From: Marsupella aquatica
Taxonomy: Eukaryota; Plantae; Marchantiophyta
NCBI GenBank assembly: GCA_973895155.1
Contig: OZ316892.1
Location: 20,409,869 to 20,473,868 of the forward strand
Length of the DNA stretch: 64,000 nt
Direction of reading: 5' to 3'
Part shown: positions 36,874-50,654 of the stretch, in pieces
Layout of the letters: each line of letters starts with the position of its first letter
Numbering within the stretch: the first letter of the stretch is position 1
Notes under the pieces: generated by a model
The model's database searches: none
What the model was told of the DNA's origin: nothing
Seen by the model: the letters and a program-made list of their open reading frames with translations, nothing else
Made by a program: the position numbers and the translations under genes

Positions 36874-37035
36874 GGCCCAGAGAGGCATGACTTTGTGGTA
36901 GTTCACTTGAATTGAGACTCATAGGTCTTGGGTTCAACTGTTGTGGCTGACATTTCCCAACTATTGTGGCTGACTCTTCTCTTTCTGTGGGGTTTCACAG
37001 ATTTCCCTTTAAAAATAAAAATAAAAAATAAAAAA
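36874..37035 (+). mobile_element. tRNA-derived SINE-like element, copy 2, with TSD
   Basis: TSD TGGAATGAAGA (36863-36873, 37036-37046), (AAAAAT)n tail, GGTTCAA B-box-like motif. Paralogue at 21306. Confidence 0.82.
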
Positions 37036-37959
37036 TGGAATGAAGACATTTCACTCAGATGAATTGCCTTTCTTTCATTGTTCCAAATTGACTAGAAGTA
37101 ACCATTGCTCTACAATATATATAAAACTGGACTTTTGGACAATTTCTGCATTTCCTCAAATTAAATTAAATAACATAAATAAAATTGAGCACATATTGAT
37201 ATTTTTTTAATCAACTCATCACACATTTGCCTTATCAATCATTGAAAAATAAGTCTATATCAATATGCATTGTGAATTCAGGATGTTCATTTTGTGAGGT
37301 AAGACTTAAGGGAGTTTGTTAGAGACTTGGGTTCTTTTAAACAAACTTTGGTTTTTATTATTTCTTCACTTATTATCAAGTCCAGGTTTTACAACTTTAT
37401 TCCAACACTCTCGCCAACACTAAATATTTTTGATACAGGGGAATTTCGTCTTGTTTATGTTTGGAGAGCCTTTGGCTGACTTTTACTTACTTGCTAGATA
37501 GTCTTGAAGGAGATCGATCTTAGTCAAGTTAATTTGGTCGATGTCTTTGGTCCTTTTCAACCCTGTTGATTGCCTTTGTGCACCCTAGGTGAGTGCGCCT
37601 TGAGTGAGTGGGTGTCATGATGGCTTAGCCGGGCATATCCTCCCTTCCTTAGCTTGTCTACCAGCCAGAGTACGTGGGTGTGCTGAATTGACTTGGTTTC
37701 TTCAGTCTGGCCTTTCACCCTCTCCTCCCCCCCCCCCCCCCCCTTTGGTCCAGCCTTTGGTCAGGTGCAACTTACTGCCTTCAGCTTTACGTAGATTTTA
37801 TTTGTGCACTTACCTCTTGACTGCTATAAGTACCGCTTCCAGATATCCGTGTCATGCATGCATTTTTTGTTTTTGCAGAATCTAGTCAGAGCAGAGCAGG
37901 TGTCAGTCTTTGCTCTCAATTAAACTCTAAAGTGTTAATTGTTGCCGACTGCATCTGGC

Positions 37960-40900
37960 TCTATTAAAATGGCTAACAGGTACCTTCCCACAACGTTAGC
38001 GTCATTCTGACTAGCAAGTTGCTGAAAGGATAAGTCCAGATGTACGTCAGTGCCATAGTTGGAGAAGAAGATCTGTACGTAGATATATATGCCAAAAAGA
38101 CTTTGATCGACATTCTTATTGTCACAGAAGATAGAAATGGTTTGTTAACGAAAACTAATATCAAAAAGTAATTGGTGACGCCAAATAGATTCTGTGCTAG
38201 CTTTCCGAAATGCCACATATTGGGATTCAGTGCTAGAAAGAGCAACAGATTTCTGCTTCTTATACTGGTCGAACTGATAACACAACCAGCAAGTAGAAAC
38301 AATATCCTCCAGTTGATTTAGGAAAATCTTTAATCGTCGATCATCACTATAAGATGAGTCGATCAGAGTACTCTCGAAATGAAAAGGTTGATCAGATTGA
38401 CTATACGGCAGACTGACTATCGGGCTGAGTATATTGTAGACATAAATGCTTAGTAGCATGTGAATAGTGAAAAATTTTCTCAACGTCAATCCAATCCACT
38501 GTTGATCGAGGACCCAGATAGATTGATTACAGTACGTGCTATTTATCAGGACGAGAAGCAATCATGAGCCACGTTAAACTAGCTACCTATAGCACTCTGA
38601 TATGGAATGGCCATGGCCTGCATAGCAGCATTTTTCTCAGGTGTGTAGAAGAAGGTGATTAATCTTGAGTTAACTGCTAAATTCATAAGGCCTGTGTGTA
38701 TATAGGTTTACAGTCAAGCATATGAAATTATTTGAGCTTGTAGTTTGATATAGTAACACGAAACCACCCTTGAGTTCTGTGAAGTTGAAGGTGCATACCA
38801 AGGATATGACGAGCAATACCAAGATCTGTCATGTCAAATTCGAGAGAGTTATCCCTTTTTTGAAGTAAAGAATCACTAGAGTTAGCTACAATGGTGTCGA
38901 CATCAACATAAAGAGCAAGAATATGAAAGCAGATCCACACCATAGAGTGTAAATATTGTTATCAGCAATAGAACCGATGAAACCAATATTCAGTAGAGCT
39001 GTGAAACTTTTCATACCACATTAAAGCCTATTGTTTCAACCATATATAGAGCGACCCAAATACTAGAGTAATCATGAAACTTCCAAACCAGGAGGAAGGT
39101 CCATATAGATCTCTTGGTAAAGTTTACCATAGAGAAAAGTAACAATCACATCTAATTGATGTAAAGTCAAATTGAACTGAATTGCCAATACTTACAAATA
39201 AAGTGCGCAAAGATTGAAGGCGAACCGTTCCAATGTTAGACAATTCCAGGTATTTGAGTAAAACCCTTAGCAACCAAACAAGCTTTACATTTGTATATGC
39301 GACCATCATCGATGGGTTAATTTTAAAACTCATCTACAGCCCACGTACAGTGCTAGATCAGGACTGGTGGTAAAGGTACCAAGTTCTATACTTGCATTCT
39401 CTCCATGTTCTGTAACTAACTCGACTGAAATAGCATTATTCTAATGTGAAGCGTCAGGTCTAATGACCGCTTGTCAATATCTTTTAGGTTCCGTAACTTT
39501 TAGGTTCCGGAAGAGTTTTCAAAGGTGTAAGAAGAGCCCATCGTTTCTTAATTATCAGCCTCTTGTGAATCCTCGCTGGCCTGGTCAGTAGCTTGTTCAA
39601 TAAACAAATCATTATTCTAGTGATACCACGTACCAGTATGAAGAGGTGGAGCCAAAACACGTGAACTAGGCCAAGAAGAAAATGGAACATGCGTTCGGCC
39701 AAAAGATAGAGAACTGGTAGCAGTTAGGGAAAGAACTAGATGTTAGACTATATTAGTTTGTAATTATAGTACAATTCCACCATGCTTCAGGAGAATATAT
39801 ATATATATATAGTGTGGTAATTAGTCAATGTATAGTACTTACGTCACATAGATTGCATTTCACTAGCTACTTCTCATGACAAGGACCAAGGAAATACTAG
39901 AACTGGCAATGGTGTCATAATCATATATGAAAACCATAGTTCATAGGTGGTTTGTGAGAAAACCATAGGGTTCATAGGTAGTTTTTGATGGTGGCAAGGC
40001 TTTGTTAGGTAATCTATTTTGTAAATATGGTGGCCATGAGAAGAGCTTCACCCCATTATGTTTTGGAAGAGATGATTAGGTCAACATTAAATGAACAGCA
40101 TTCATGATTGTACGGTTTTTACTGTCCGATACTCCATTTATGTTCCAGAGTATGAGTTACTGTGAATACATCGGGAATGCAGAACTCGTTGCATGAAGGC
40201 TGAAGACCGGTATTCACCTCCGTTGTCAAATCGCAGCATCTTTATTCGATGAGGCTGATGCAGTGTCTCCACTTTTGTCACAAGTTGAAAAATTTGTGGA
40301 AGTGCATCTGACTTATTCGTGAGAAGATAAAAGTAGTATAACAAGAGAAATCGTCAATGAATGAAATGAAATATCGAAATCCCTAGTGAGTAGGTGGAGA
40401 AATAGGGCCAAAAATGTCTGTGTGAATTAATCCCAATATGCCTGAGGCTCGGTGAGCAGGTATGTTGGGAACGGGATTTCTGGTCTGTTTGCCAAACAGG
40501 CAAGTCTTGCAAGAAGAATCATGAGAATGAAGGTGATTAGGAAATCCATTAGCCATTTTTTGGGATTGCAATTGAGAAATTTGTGTGGCACTAATGTGTC
40601 CCAAACGACTGTGCCAGGGGTCAAAAGAGTTAGCAAAATTTGCATAGGCTGCAATAATAGGTGAAGGCAAAATAGTTTCACCTAATTTATATAAATTTCT
40701 TATCAGATAACTAGTTGTGATAACTGCTCCTTGAGGAATCGCGCAAGAAACATTGTTCTTGCTGGATGAGTGCAGAGCCTCCTGCAGCATCCAGGTGTTT
40801 TAGAGAGGACAAATTCTTCTTAAGTCGTGGAATGTGCAGGACATCAGAGATGGTATAGTTGGTGCCCTCGGAAAGTAGCTAGGATAGTAACTTGGCCAAT

Positions 40901-42020
40901 GCCCTGAATCTTTTATCTCTGAGGTAAGAACTGTGAATCTGTATAAGGAGTATAGTTTATGAAGTATTCACCAGAATGAGACATGTGGTAAGTTGCTCCA
41001 GGTACCAGGAAGTATCTGGATTTCCAGAACCGTATACCCGTCTGCAACAGCAAACATATGATGAGAAGTAGAATTTGTTTGAGGATTCAGACCTTTTGCT
41101 AAATTTTGTTGGTCTGAAACTCTCTTACAGCAATCTTTGATGTGATGGATATGCAATTGACAATAGAAGCACTTCATCCATTTGTAATTAGCCTGATGGC
41201 TAGATGATGCTGGAGACTGCCAATCAGTAATAGAAGACGATTATTCTTTGTTGGAAGGATTGGGAGGAACTTTGTTTAGAAGGGCTTACGCCCCCGCCTA
41301 TGCCTCTAGTAGTATTTCGTCTACGACTATTACCACGCCATGGGTAGCCTGCTTGCCTTGGATAGTCTACTATCTTGGTCGTGTTTGGTGGAGAGCGAAC
41401 GCCTCTACTGACGAAAAGTGCCGTTATGGGTTCAATATGGCCTGTGTCTTCGTCTTCTTCTCTTCTTGAAGAAGATATGTTATCACTTTCTGGAGTGATA
41501 AATTAGTTTGACCTCGCAAAGAAGTCAACAAATTGCGATAACTGTGATCGCATTAGTGCTAGAAATTGGCTTTCATCAGAGGTGATCACTCCAGCTTCAG
41601 AGAGTTGATCAACATGTTTGGTCACGCTCTCCATTTCTTTCATCTTGAGAGTTTGTAACTCATCCTGGAGGTACATTTATGTTACTGCATCTTGAGCCTG
41701 GTAAAGAGTTTCCAGCTTCGTCCAGGCTTCAGTTGAATTTGTCGTTGAGCTGATGTGATGCACTTGCAAATTGTCAAGACGATTCACAATGAACAATAAT
41801 GCAATTCGATCATTGGTAACCCATTCTTGAATACTCTGGCTCCAGCTGCTACAGGCGCTATAAGCTCAGGAATTGTTCTATCTACAATTCCAACTAAATC
41901 TTCAGCGGACAGAATCAAATTCATCCGGAACCTCCAGATTTAGTATCCTCCAGATGTAGTATGACTGTCAGATTTTGGAATGTGGTCAATTTTGAGAAGA
42001 GCACTAGATTTCACCATCGT
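37960..42020 (-). mobile_element. old degenerate Ty1/copia internal region (gag-PR-INT-RT-RH)
   Basis: gag IWRFRMNLIL and CFYCQ..H.IKDC; WHSRLGHIS; LIHTDIFGP; RFDNGGEY; LALYVD..EFDMTDLG; KQKSVALSSTESQY. Many stops and frameshifts. Confidence 0.92.
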
Positions 42021-42596
42021 AAATAGATGGGAGAATAAATCAACAAGATTTGACTGGATGAGCAGCGGAATTCTTAGAAATTGTAAAAAGTGCAGGATTC
42101 TGACAAAATTGAACAAGTTTCTGAAGAAATTGAATATGCTGAAATGAATACAAGAAATTCGCAAAAATTAGATGTAGGTCCTCAATAAAATAGGAAGATT
42201 GAGTAAAAGGCGTCATCACTATTACAGAGAGTCGAGGCATCCCTCAACTTCTAATTCTCAAAGGAAGATTGAATTGAAGTGACTAGAGCCAAGACATAAT
42301 GCCAGGACTGACATACTCAAATTGTGAATACAAAGGACTCAAAGATTGCATGCAATTGAACTCAGATACTTTGATTGCTCAAAGTAAAGCCCATACAATT
42401 TCCCTAATTTTAATAGAGATTGTAACTAAGCTAAGAGTCACACTGAAAAGGTGTGTCTTTGTATATATGACATTTGAAGATGACCCTAAGAGTATGTCAG
42501 TCCATCTCTGTAAGAATGAATAGACTTATCAGACAGATCTAGTGGATAGAAATCATCCACAGAGCTATAGTAAATCAAGGCTCTGTTAAGGGGTAA

Positions 42597-44340
42597 TGTG
42601 AACATGCACTAAGCATATGCATGTTACTTCATATGTACAGAGGGTTACACTTGAAAGAGTACACCTACCCAAAAGGGTACACCTATTTCCAGTTTCATCC
42701 TTCTAAAAATGAATCCTGTTTAGTCTCATAGTTGTAGATTATTCATTAGTACACACATTCATATCATCATATTTGGCTTATGTTGTATAATTATGTCAAT
42801 AAATTATACAACATAAGTGCTTATTGATATTTGAGATGGTATCAAAGGTCTTGAAAGGAATGATGAATAGTTTGAAGGGAGAGATGGAGATAGTAAATCT
42901 CATGATGAATTTAAAACTGCATTCATGAGATTTCCACACAATTGCAGTTTAACTTCATTCAATGAATTCTCTCATGAGCTTAGAACTGAACTTGCATTGT
43001 GCTCCACCTCCTAAATCTTGGTATCCTCATTTCCAATAGTAACTAGAGGAGAATTTTCAATGAGTGTCCTCTATAGATCTATTTTAAGAAGAAAGACATT
43101 TTCTTCTTCTTAGTAAGCTAGACGTTCATTAGGCTAACTTTTTTTTAGTAGTTTATTCCATATGGCTACTCCTACTTCATTTCGTAGCAGGGTCTATCAT
43201 GTGGTGGAGAAGTTAAATGGATTGAACTATTCATTCTGGAAGATTAAGTTGGATATATCACTAATTCGACAAGATGTTTTTTCAGTACATAGTTGATGGC
43301 ACGCTTCCTAATCCAGGGCCTGCTAATCCAATAGCTTTAGTGGAATAGAAAACAAAAGATGCTAAGGCAAGAGCTGACCTGATACTTCATTGCGCAAACA
43401 AACAAACTCAGTTGGCCCGTCAGTTGGTTCGTACCTTAGTTAGCAAGTTTAAAAGAGATTTGGGATAAATTGAAGGCAACCTACGAGTTGTCTGATTTTT
43501 CAGTGCGCTGAAGTCGCTATTCATCGGCAAATTTTACAAGTAACTCTTTCTACTTGAAGGTAATTCAGTACTTGACTTCCTAGAAGAGTTTCAAGGCCAA
43601 GTGACTAGGCTGCAGTTGCTGGTCTTATAATTCCTGATAACCAGTTAATCATTTAACTTTTGGAAGCATTACCCAAGTCATAGAAGTCATTCATCTCCAT
43701 TCAATCAAATCAACCCGGTCTTACGTTCTCTGTACGTACCTCTTGCTAAAATTCTTCAAAGAAAATGCCATGCAAACTCATCATGGTTCCAAGGGTAAAT
43801 CTGAATCTCAAACCAATGGTGCATTAATTGTTGTGGAGAAGTACAAAGGTAAACCCAAGGTCAAACTGGAAATTCACATCCCATTAGGTTCTTCAAATGA
43901 TGGCAAATACAAAGAACTTACATGCCATTATTGTCGGGATTATTGTTTAAAGAAATGTAATATTGCTCCAGATTGTTGCAGCCTAGCAAAAGACCATGTT
44001 GCTGGTATTTTTTGACCAGCAAAACCACCATCAAATCAACTCAATTAGCTGATAGTACTCCACATAGACAATTCACCACACTGCCATTTGTGCTCAGACC
44101 CTTTACCACCCCGTCCCCCCTCCCCCCAACTCGTTTGGGATTTCATTATTTCACAATCTCTATTGACTATTTGTGGCCTGTTGCTTAGTACTTACACCAT
44201 TTATCTCTTATTACACCAAAACAGATGCTTTTTCTCAATTCACTCAGTTTGTGACTAATGTGGAGACTCGTGCCCATTAGAATATATGCTACAATTGACA
44301 ATGGTGGTGAGTACCGTTCTCACTACCGTTCTTCAGCCTT
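42597..44340 (+). mobile_element. degenerate copia: LTR (42597-42836), PBS-like TGGTATCAAAG (42837), gag (ATG 43162), integrase fragment
   Basis: VEKLNGLNYSFWKIKL, KDAKARADLILHC, DNGGEY at ~44297. Multiple stops. Confidence 0.8.
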
Positions 44341-44504
44341 TGATGGATCGATTCTGCCTAATTAAAGGTATTGCTTAGCCAGGTGCTTGGCAATTCACTG
44401 TTTTACATACTCCTCGGCAGGGCTTGTAGAGATGCACTAGAGAAATCATTTGAAGTATATTTAGAATCCATGATTCCTCCTAAGTATAATTCTCTATGTG
44501 ACAA

Positions 44505-44811
44505 GCTCTTATACCATCTAATTAAACAAATCATAAGCATATATGAAACACATAAATTTTATCTAATGTAAAAGTGGATACAATACAAATCCCAAGGTAG
44601 GATTTTAATATGAAACTAAAGTACCTAAAGAGGTCTATGTCTTAGGTACAACCCTTCTATGTCTTATATTTGCTTTAATTAACCTTATTGGTTGTACCTA
44701 AGACATAGAAGGGTTGTACCTAAAGAGGTACATAGAAGGGTCTTATCACCTAAGTAAGGTCCAACCAATAAGGTTAATTAAAGCAAATAGATTAAGGGGT
44801 GACGGTTCACA
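44505..44811 (-). mobile_element. copia-type LTR plus PBS, nested in opposite orientation
   Basis: Minus strand starts TGTGAAC (as does the LTR at 42597) and ends TTAGA directly before TGGTATAAGAGC (44505-44516). Confidence 0.65.
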
Positions 44812-46269
44812 ATATAGTTAATATTTAATTGCAATGTTGTTTGCCTTCTTGGAAAATCTATCTACGTGACCTTGAAGCAATCAGCTTGCACGCATGTGAT
44901 GCGAGAGATTTCATTTTGCTCTCCTCAATGTTTGCTTTCTCATGCATAATTACCACTCGAGACACAAACATTTGTTACCTAGCACGAGGATGCGCCACAT
45001 TAGCACAACCAGCCACAAACAAACAGGAAAGATCTTATTTTTGACAGTAACAAAAACACACGTCCATATTTGTGGCAAAAGCAATGTAATTTCTGGAGCG
45101 CCATGTCATAAGTATTAAGCATGAAAAAACAGAATACAAAGGAAGAGATGTCATTTTCTCACTTTAACCGTATTATTTACCTTTTGAATGTTTTAAAATT
45201 ATTTACTATGTAATTAGTTAGACAATTGCCTCTAAAATTAAATAACATAAGTAAGTAAGTCACGACTCATACCTGATCCTCTCTCTTTCGACAAGAGGGA
45301 TAGCAACAAGAGATGATTGTGAACAGGGTACTATCATTTTGTCACATTGCGTTGAATGAAAGAATGATCTTCAGCTGAGTTTTGAATTTGAGTTGGATTT
45401 GTGAGGTGAATGGTGAATACTATATGATTGTATAGCTTGCACACACTTAAAGAATTGTCACTGACTCAAGAAATGCAACATCATAAAATGTCCATACCAT
45501 CTCCCTTTCTCGATGAAGAGATGTAACAATCCCGTCACCGTCACAAATTTAGCCACTACAAATTGATTTCTTTAATTCCTCGCCATCGCTTGTTCGTAAC
45601 GCTTGCTTCCCAGCTTGAATTGTTTGCGTCCTTCCAAGCTTCAATTGAAGCTCGATCACTCTCAACACATGCGGACGCCAAATGCAGCCTCTATGTCGAA
45701 GAAACAATTGCTGGTCTCCCCCTCACACCATAGTTTTTTTAAACCAAAAAACTACAAACTTTCATGTGAAGTGATGGCTCGTCCATTTTGTGCGTGCTTC
45801 CACCAAAATGACATTCAAACACTCTTCCGCCAACAATTGAGTGTTGGACATCCTCCGGTGTCTTGTGGCCATATATAATGCTCAACGTAATTCACAAACA
45901 ATCAATCAGGAATGGTAGAGACATGATTGCTCCAATGTGTGCAAAAACCATCAAAAAGTTCAATTCCTCCACATTCAACCTTCCGTTTGATAAACCAGAT
46001 CGATCTCCTCTATCTTTTGAGCGTTCCCTTTTGTACAAGCACACACCAAGACCACCGGAAGACTCAAAACCATCGGTTACCGCCTTGCTGAAAATTGATT
46101 TCACTTCTTTACACACACATTCCTTGGATGAACATGGGGTTCCACAAATTATAATTTATTTTTAACATAGGCAATCTTAATATATCTAATTTTTACCTTA
46201 TAATATGTGATATTATTCTTTCTAGCTGTAGCCCGCTCTTTTTACATACCCTTCACATATATTCGCCAA

Positions 46270-46330
46270 GAATTTCAGATAGTCTATGTTCCTACTGCAG
46301 ATATTTTAACTAAGATCTTCAAAAGGGACT
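46270..46330 (+). mobile_element. copia RNase H C-terminal remnant
   Basis: Translates YVPTADILTK. Confidence 0.45.
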
Positions 46331-49130
46331 CACCAAAAGTTACACACTTTATTCCTCAGTAAGTTTAGCAACAAACACATAACATTGATAATCTGCGTAC
46401 AAGTGGGCAACTATATATGTTAATTAGTTCATAGTTATAGTATGTAAGTTCCACAATGTTTTTGAGGTTACTGTGTTAGTTAGTCAATCCATGTCATCGA
46501 CCTGTACATGGATATATTGACAATTCTAACTCATTTTCTTTCAATAGTATACATTTCTTATGACTAGATTTACCTCTGATGTCAGTCATATGTTCTGATA
46601 AGAACCAACATATTCCTAGAATTATCATGGAATAGCTAGTGTGATTGCTAACATCACACCATTAATCTTACTTCTACCTTCAGTTTGACAGTTTTCCTAC
46701 TTAGATAGATTCATTGTAAGTAGCTCAATAATTCACACATTATCAATTCAATCATCTTAGAGCTAGCTAAAATCATACAGTCTCATGGTCTTCTTCTATC
46801 TTGTTTTCCACACTAGAAACCTGAGCGAAAGCAGAAGTCTTGCAGGATGAAACTGCTCTTCAATGCAATGCAACGTACACCAGCAGAATTTCACGAATTT
46901 CAAATATTGCAAGACACCTCTTACAATCATCAAACTTAGAAAAGATGAATGATATATAATTATATGTTATACTTTGGGAGGTGAGGTAATTCTTTTGATG
47001 CCATTGCATATGAAGTATCTGTTCTTAAGGCAAAACATCCAAATATTGTTCTGAGTTTTGTGCTGATAACTTTACACATGATCCAATGTGGCAAGTAGGC
47101 TACAAGTTCAAACTATCCAAAAAGCTGCAGGCTCGGACAGTTCAAGAAAAATTGAAGCAATTGTAAAACCTATCATCTCCAACCAACCACATACTTCAGT
47201 ATAATGTTTGTGCTAGCCAGTACTCAAAAGGCGCTTAGTGCTAGAAGGGATTCTTATGCGCTTTTACTTCAAATGAGAGCAGTCTGTCCCTGATCTAAAG
47301 ACATGCATATGTCTTTCTGATCCTTCATTGGGCAATTCACAACTGTAGTGCCTAGCCAAAGTGTGACCAAACTCATCATGTTGATATTCATTAAAACTCC
47401 TGCCGGCAAGGTAGGAGAATTTTGGGTCATCTCAATCAAAACAGATAGAGGATGATCAGAACAGCCAAAAATCAGAATGGTGTGATTCAATTTAAGAACC
47501 TCAATTTAGACACACAAGAGAATTTGAGATAAATCTAAGGAATACCTTGTACATGAATCATGTATCAAATATTTTGCTGAAAATGATATTGCAATGATGG
47601 AACCTCGACACTGGATGAGAGCCTTCTAGTGGCTGGAGGGTTGTCACAGCCATTGGAAGATCCCGATCCACAAAGCGATTGAAGAAAAGTGGGAGATTTG
47701 TTAAAATTGAAGCCCGGGTCCACCTCCACTCTTGCCAAGTGCTTTGATATACATTTGCTACCTCTACATGGATAGATTGCAGCAAAACTTACTGCTCATA
47801 TAGTACATTAATATTACATGCATGATTGAGTGTCATGTGACAAGTAAAAGGATGGTAATCTTTGGAAAATTAGCATGCAGGTCCCTCAAATTTTCAGTGA
47901 GTGTATTTTGATCATATTAGACTCATTGAAAAGATCCTTTAAACTTGTTTCTAAGGAACCCAAAAAAATCATATGTGAGGTACTCACGTTGAAGGAGAAT
48001 CATGACCGTATTGAATATCAAAGTTAACTACTCAAAAAGTCTTAAATTTAAATCACATTGTGTACAGTAATTGATTGAGTAATCATTAAAAGTAAATTCC
48101 TAAGTTTCTCAATTCCCATGAGAACTTACTAGAGATAATAGACTGGTTGGAAAGATCAATCTTTTCAAACACCTAATTCTAATGAGCTCAAGAAGAGCCG
48201 GCTATGTTGGATATCACGGGAAATATCGAAGGGGAAACTTTGTTATTGAAAACTTGATTTGAAGTCAACGAGAAATTTGTCAATGAGTGAAGGTAAAAAA
48301 GGTGTCATGGTCCATGGTTGTTGCTTGATTCAGGGGCTTGATCGGTCTATGGGAGCCTCATTTTCTAGATTCGTCACCTTGCCATATTTAGTTTGGATGT
48401 CATTTTTTAAGCATTATATTTCACTTAGAGAATATTTTCCTGCTTCAGAAATGCTCGATTTTTAAAAGTTTAACTTGACTGTCAGATAGATCATTTGACA
48501 AGATGCTCAGGCAGACCACCACAAAGTCCCATGGATTGTTTGAAACATTGGTTTTTTTAATCCAGGACACCTCCTTCATAACTATGGGAAAAAAAATTGT
48601 GTCCAAAATGTTTTGGTCCCACAAAGTGAGTTATAACATCAAATATGTATTGTGATCTATCCCAGCATCAACTTCTATTTGTACTCCGAAAAAAGACAAT
48701 AATTCAGCTTTTCTAAGTCTCCAGTGCATGTCCCATCCTCTCCTATTGGCCCACAGTCCGTGTCGTTTTTTACTTCACATCATACTAGCCCGACCAAGCA
48801 GTGAAACAAAACTGCTAGGACAATTTGTCTATGTAGAAACACGAGTTATCAACGGATATTTGAGCATCAAAACTAGATCCTCATATATTAACTGGTGCGG
48901 TGTACTCCCAGGTACAGTACCAGGGGAGGAACCCAGGCCGTTTTGGGCAGTAGCGTTTAAGTAGCATTTAAGTGGCAAGTCAGTTTACCAAGCACCTGTG
49001 GGCGTACTCTAAGCCAGTTTTGTGATTTATTGTATAAGAGCTTTAATTTTTGAATATATATATATATATATATAGAACTTGAGATAATTGCTTTAATATA
49101 AGATGGTTGCCAGTTGTCTATTTAAATTTA

Positions 49131-49663
49131 GAGCTTTTTACTAAACTAACTCCCCAAACTGGTAGTTATTAGGATACTGCCCCCAAAACTAAAATATTTA
49201 GTATACTGTCCCCCCAAACCATATCCGATCACTTTTAACCCGAGTACTTGACCACTGTTGTGTTCCAATTGGCCAAAAAGTAACCATAGTCGATGACCTA
49301 AGGTCAACCTTATCGCAGCATTGTCTTCGCCCGGGCCCAAGGCGCAACTGTGTTTGATCAGTGTGTATGGGGTTGGAAGTGCCATGCTCGCATTGGGGAT
49401 TGGGGCCTGAAGTGGTCCCGACCCCAAACACACTGATCAAACACGGTTGCGCCTTGGGCCCGGGCAAAGACAATGCTGCGGTAAGGTTGACCTTAGGTCA
49501 TCGACTATGGTTACTTTTTGGCCAATTGGAACACAACAGTAGTCAAGTACTTGGGTTAGAAGTGATGGGATATGGTTTGGGGGGCAGTGTACTAAATATT
49601 TTAGTTTTGGCGGCAGTATCCTAATAACTACCAGTTTGGGGGGTAGTTTAGTAAAAGTTAAGC
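49131..49663. mobile_element. foldback MITE (Mutator-like), ~240-bp TIRs
   Basis: Arms ~49135-49376 and ~49418-49657 are near-perfect reverse complements with a ~40-nt spacer. Flanking direct repeat TATTTAAATTTA (49119-49130, 49664-49675). Confidence 0.9.
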
Positions 49664-50654
49664 TATTTAAATTTAATAGTCAGTTCTTAAAGTGTAATAT
49701 TAACTCTCCACAATGATTAATTTGACTTCAGCCATTACCCAAAGTCCGTTGTCTACTCAGCTCAGTGTCAAAGACTTTTGCAAAGGATCAAGTGTCTTGA
49801 GACTTGGATCAAGAGACTCTAACTCAGGACCTTACCCTTACATTTGGGGCAACCCAACCAGTGGACCAATTTGTTTGGTACATTGAAGCGAAACAGTACA
49901 ATACATGGAATTCAAAAGTGGGTATTGCCTGCCACACTGCCCAGGTTATTTGAAATTCAAAAAAATTGCTACGACCACTTAGATTACAGGGAATTTTATG
50001 AATAGTTCCTGCCCTATTTTTGCTCAAAATTTTATGGGTTTTCCTAGTCTTACATCTCTAGAAGATCTTTTTGCTTGAGCCCAAGATGGCATTGAACGGG
50101 CAAGGTTTGGCGAAAGTTGACAAAAGATAGTGTTGTTCAAAACAAGCACTCTGTCCAAAAGAAAGGGAAGGGGGGTCAATGTGTATCATAAATCAAGCTC
50201 TAGGTAATCCAGAGTGATATTCTAAGTACTAGGAGTTGTGGTTCAAAGGCTTGCCTTACAAGTGGACAACATGCTTCTCAGCCTATGCTTGGCTGTGCAA
50301 AACGACACGTTCAGATACTTAAGCTGACGTCACAAGAAGAGGGCAGCCTTTCTAGATCCCATGCTAACTCAAGTTATAGGATCTCTCTGGCCCCAAGATG
50401 ACTCTTACAAGAGACAAACATACTGCTAACTCAGAGAAATGTATTTGCTAACTTAGTTTATTTTTCTCTGATCCTGCAATGATTCTGGTAAGAGACAAGG
50501 TCTTGCTAACTCACCGAAATATACTTTCCATGACAACAACTTTGATCTTTGATGGTTAAAAGGGTGTTTTCTCAAGTTTCGTTGTTGTGTGCAGAGTAGG
50601 TAAGAAAGAATTCTCTGTTGTGAATTTTCCTTTCTTGAGAGATAGCCTTTGCCC

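Noticed and set aside
49146-49624. Mirror-image ORFs on both strands
   Set aside because: A product of the MITE inverted repeats.
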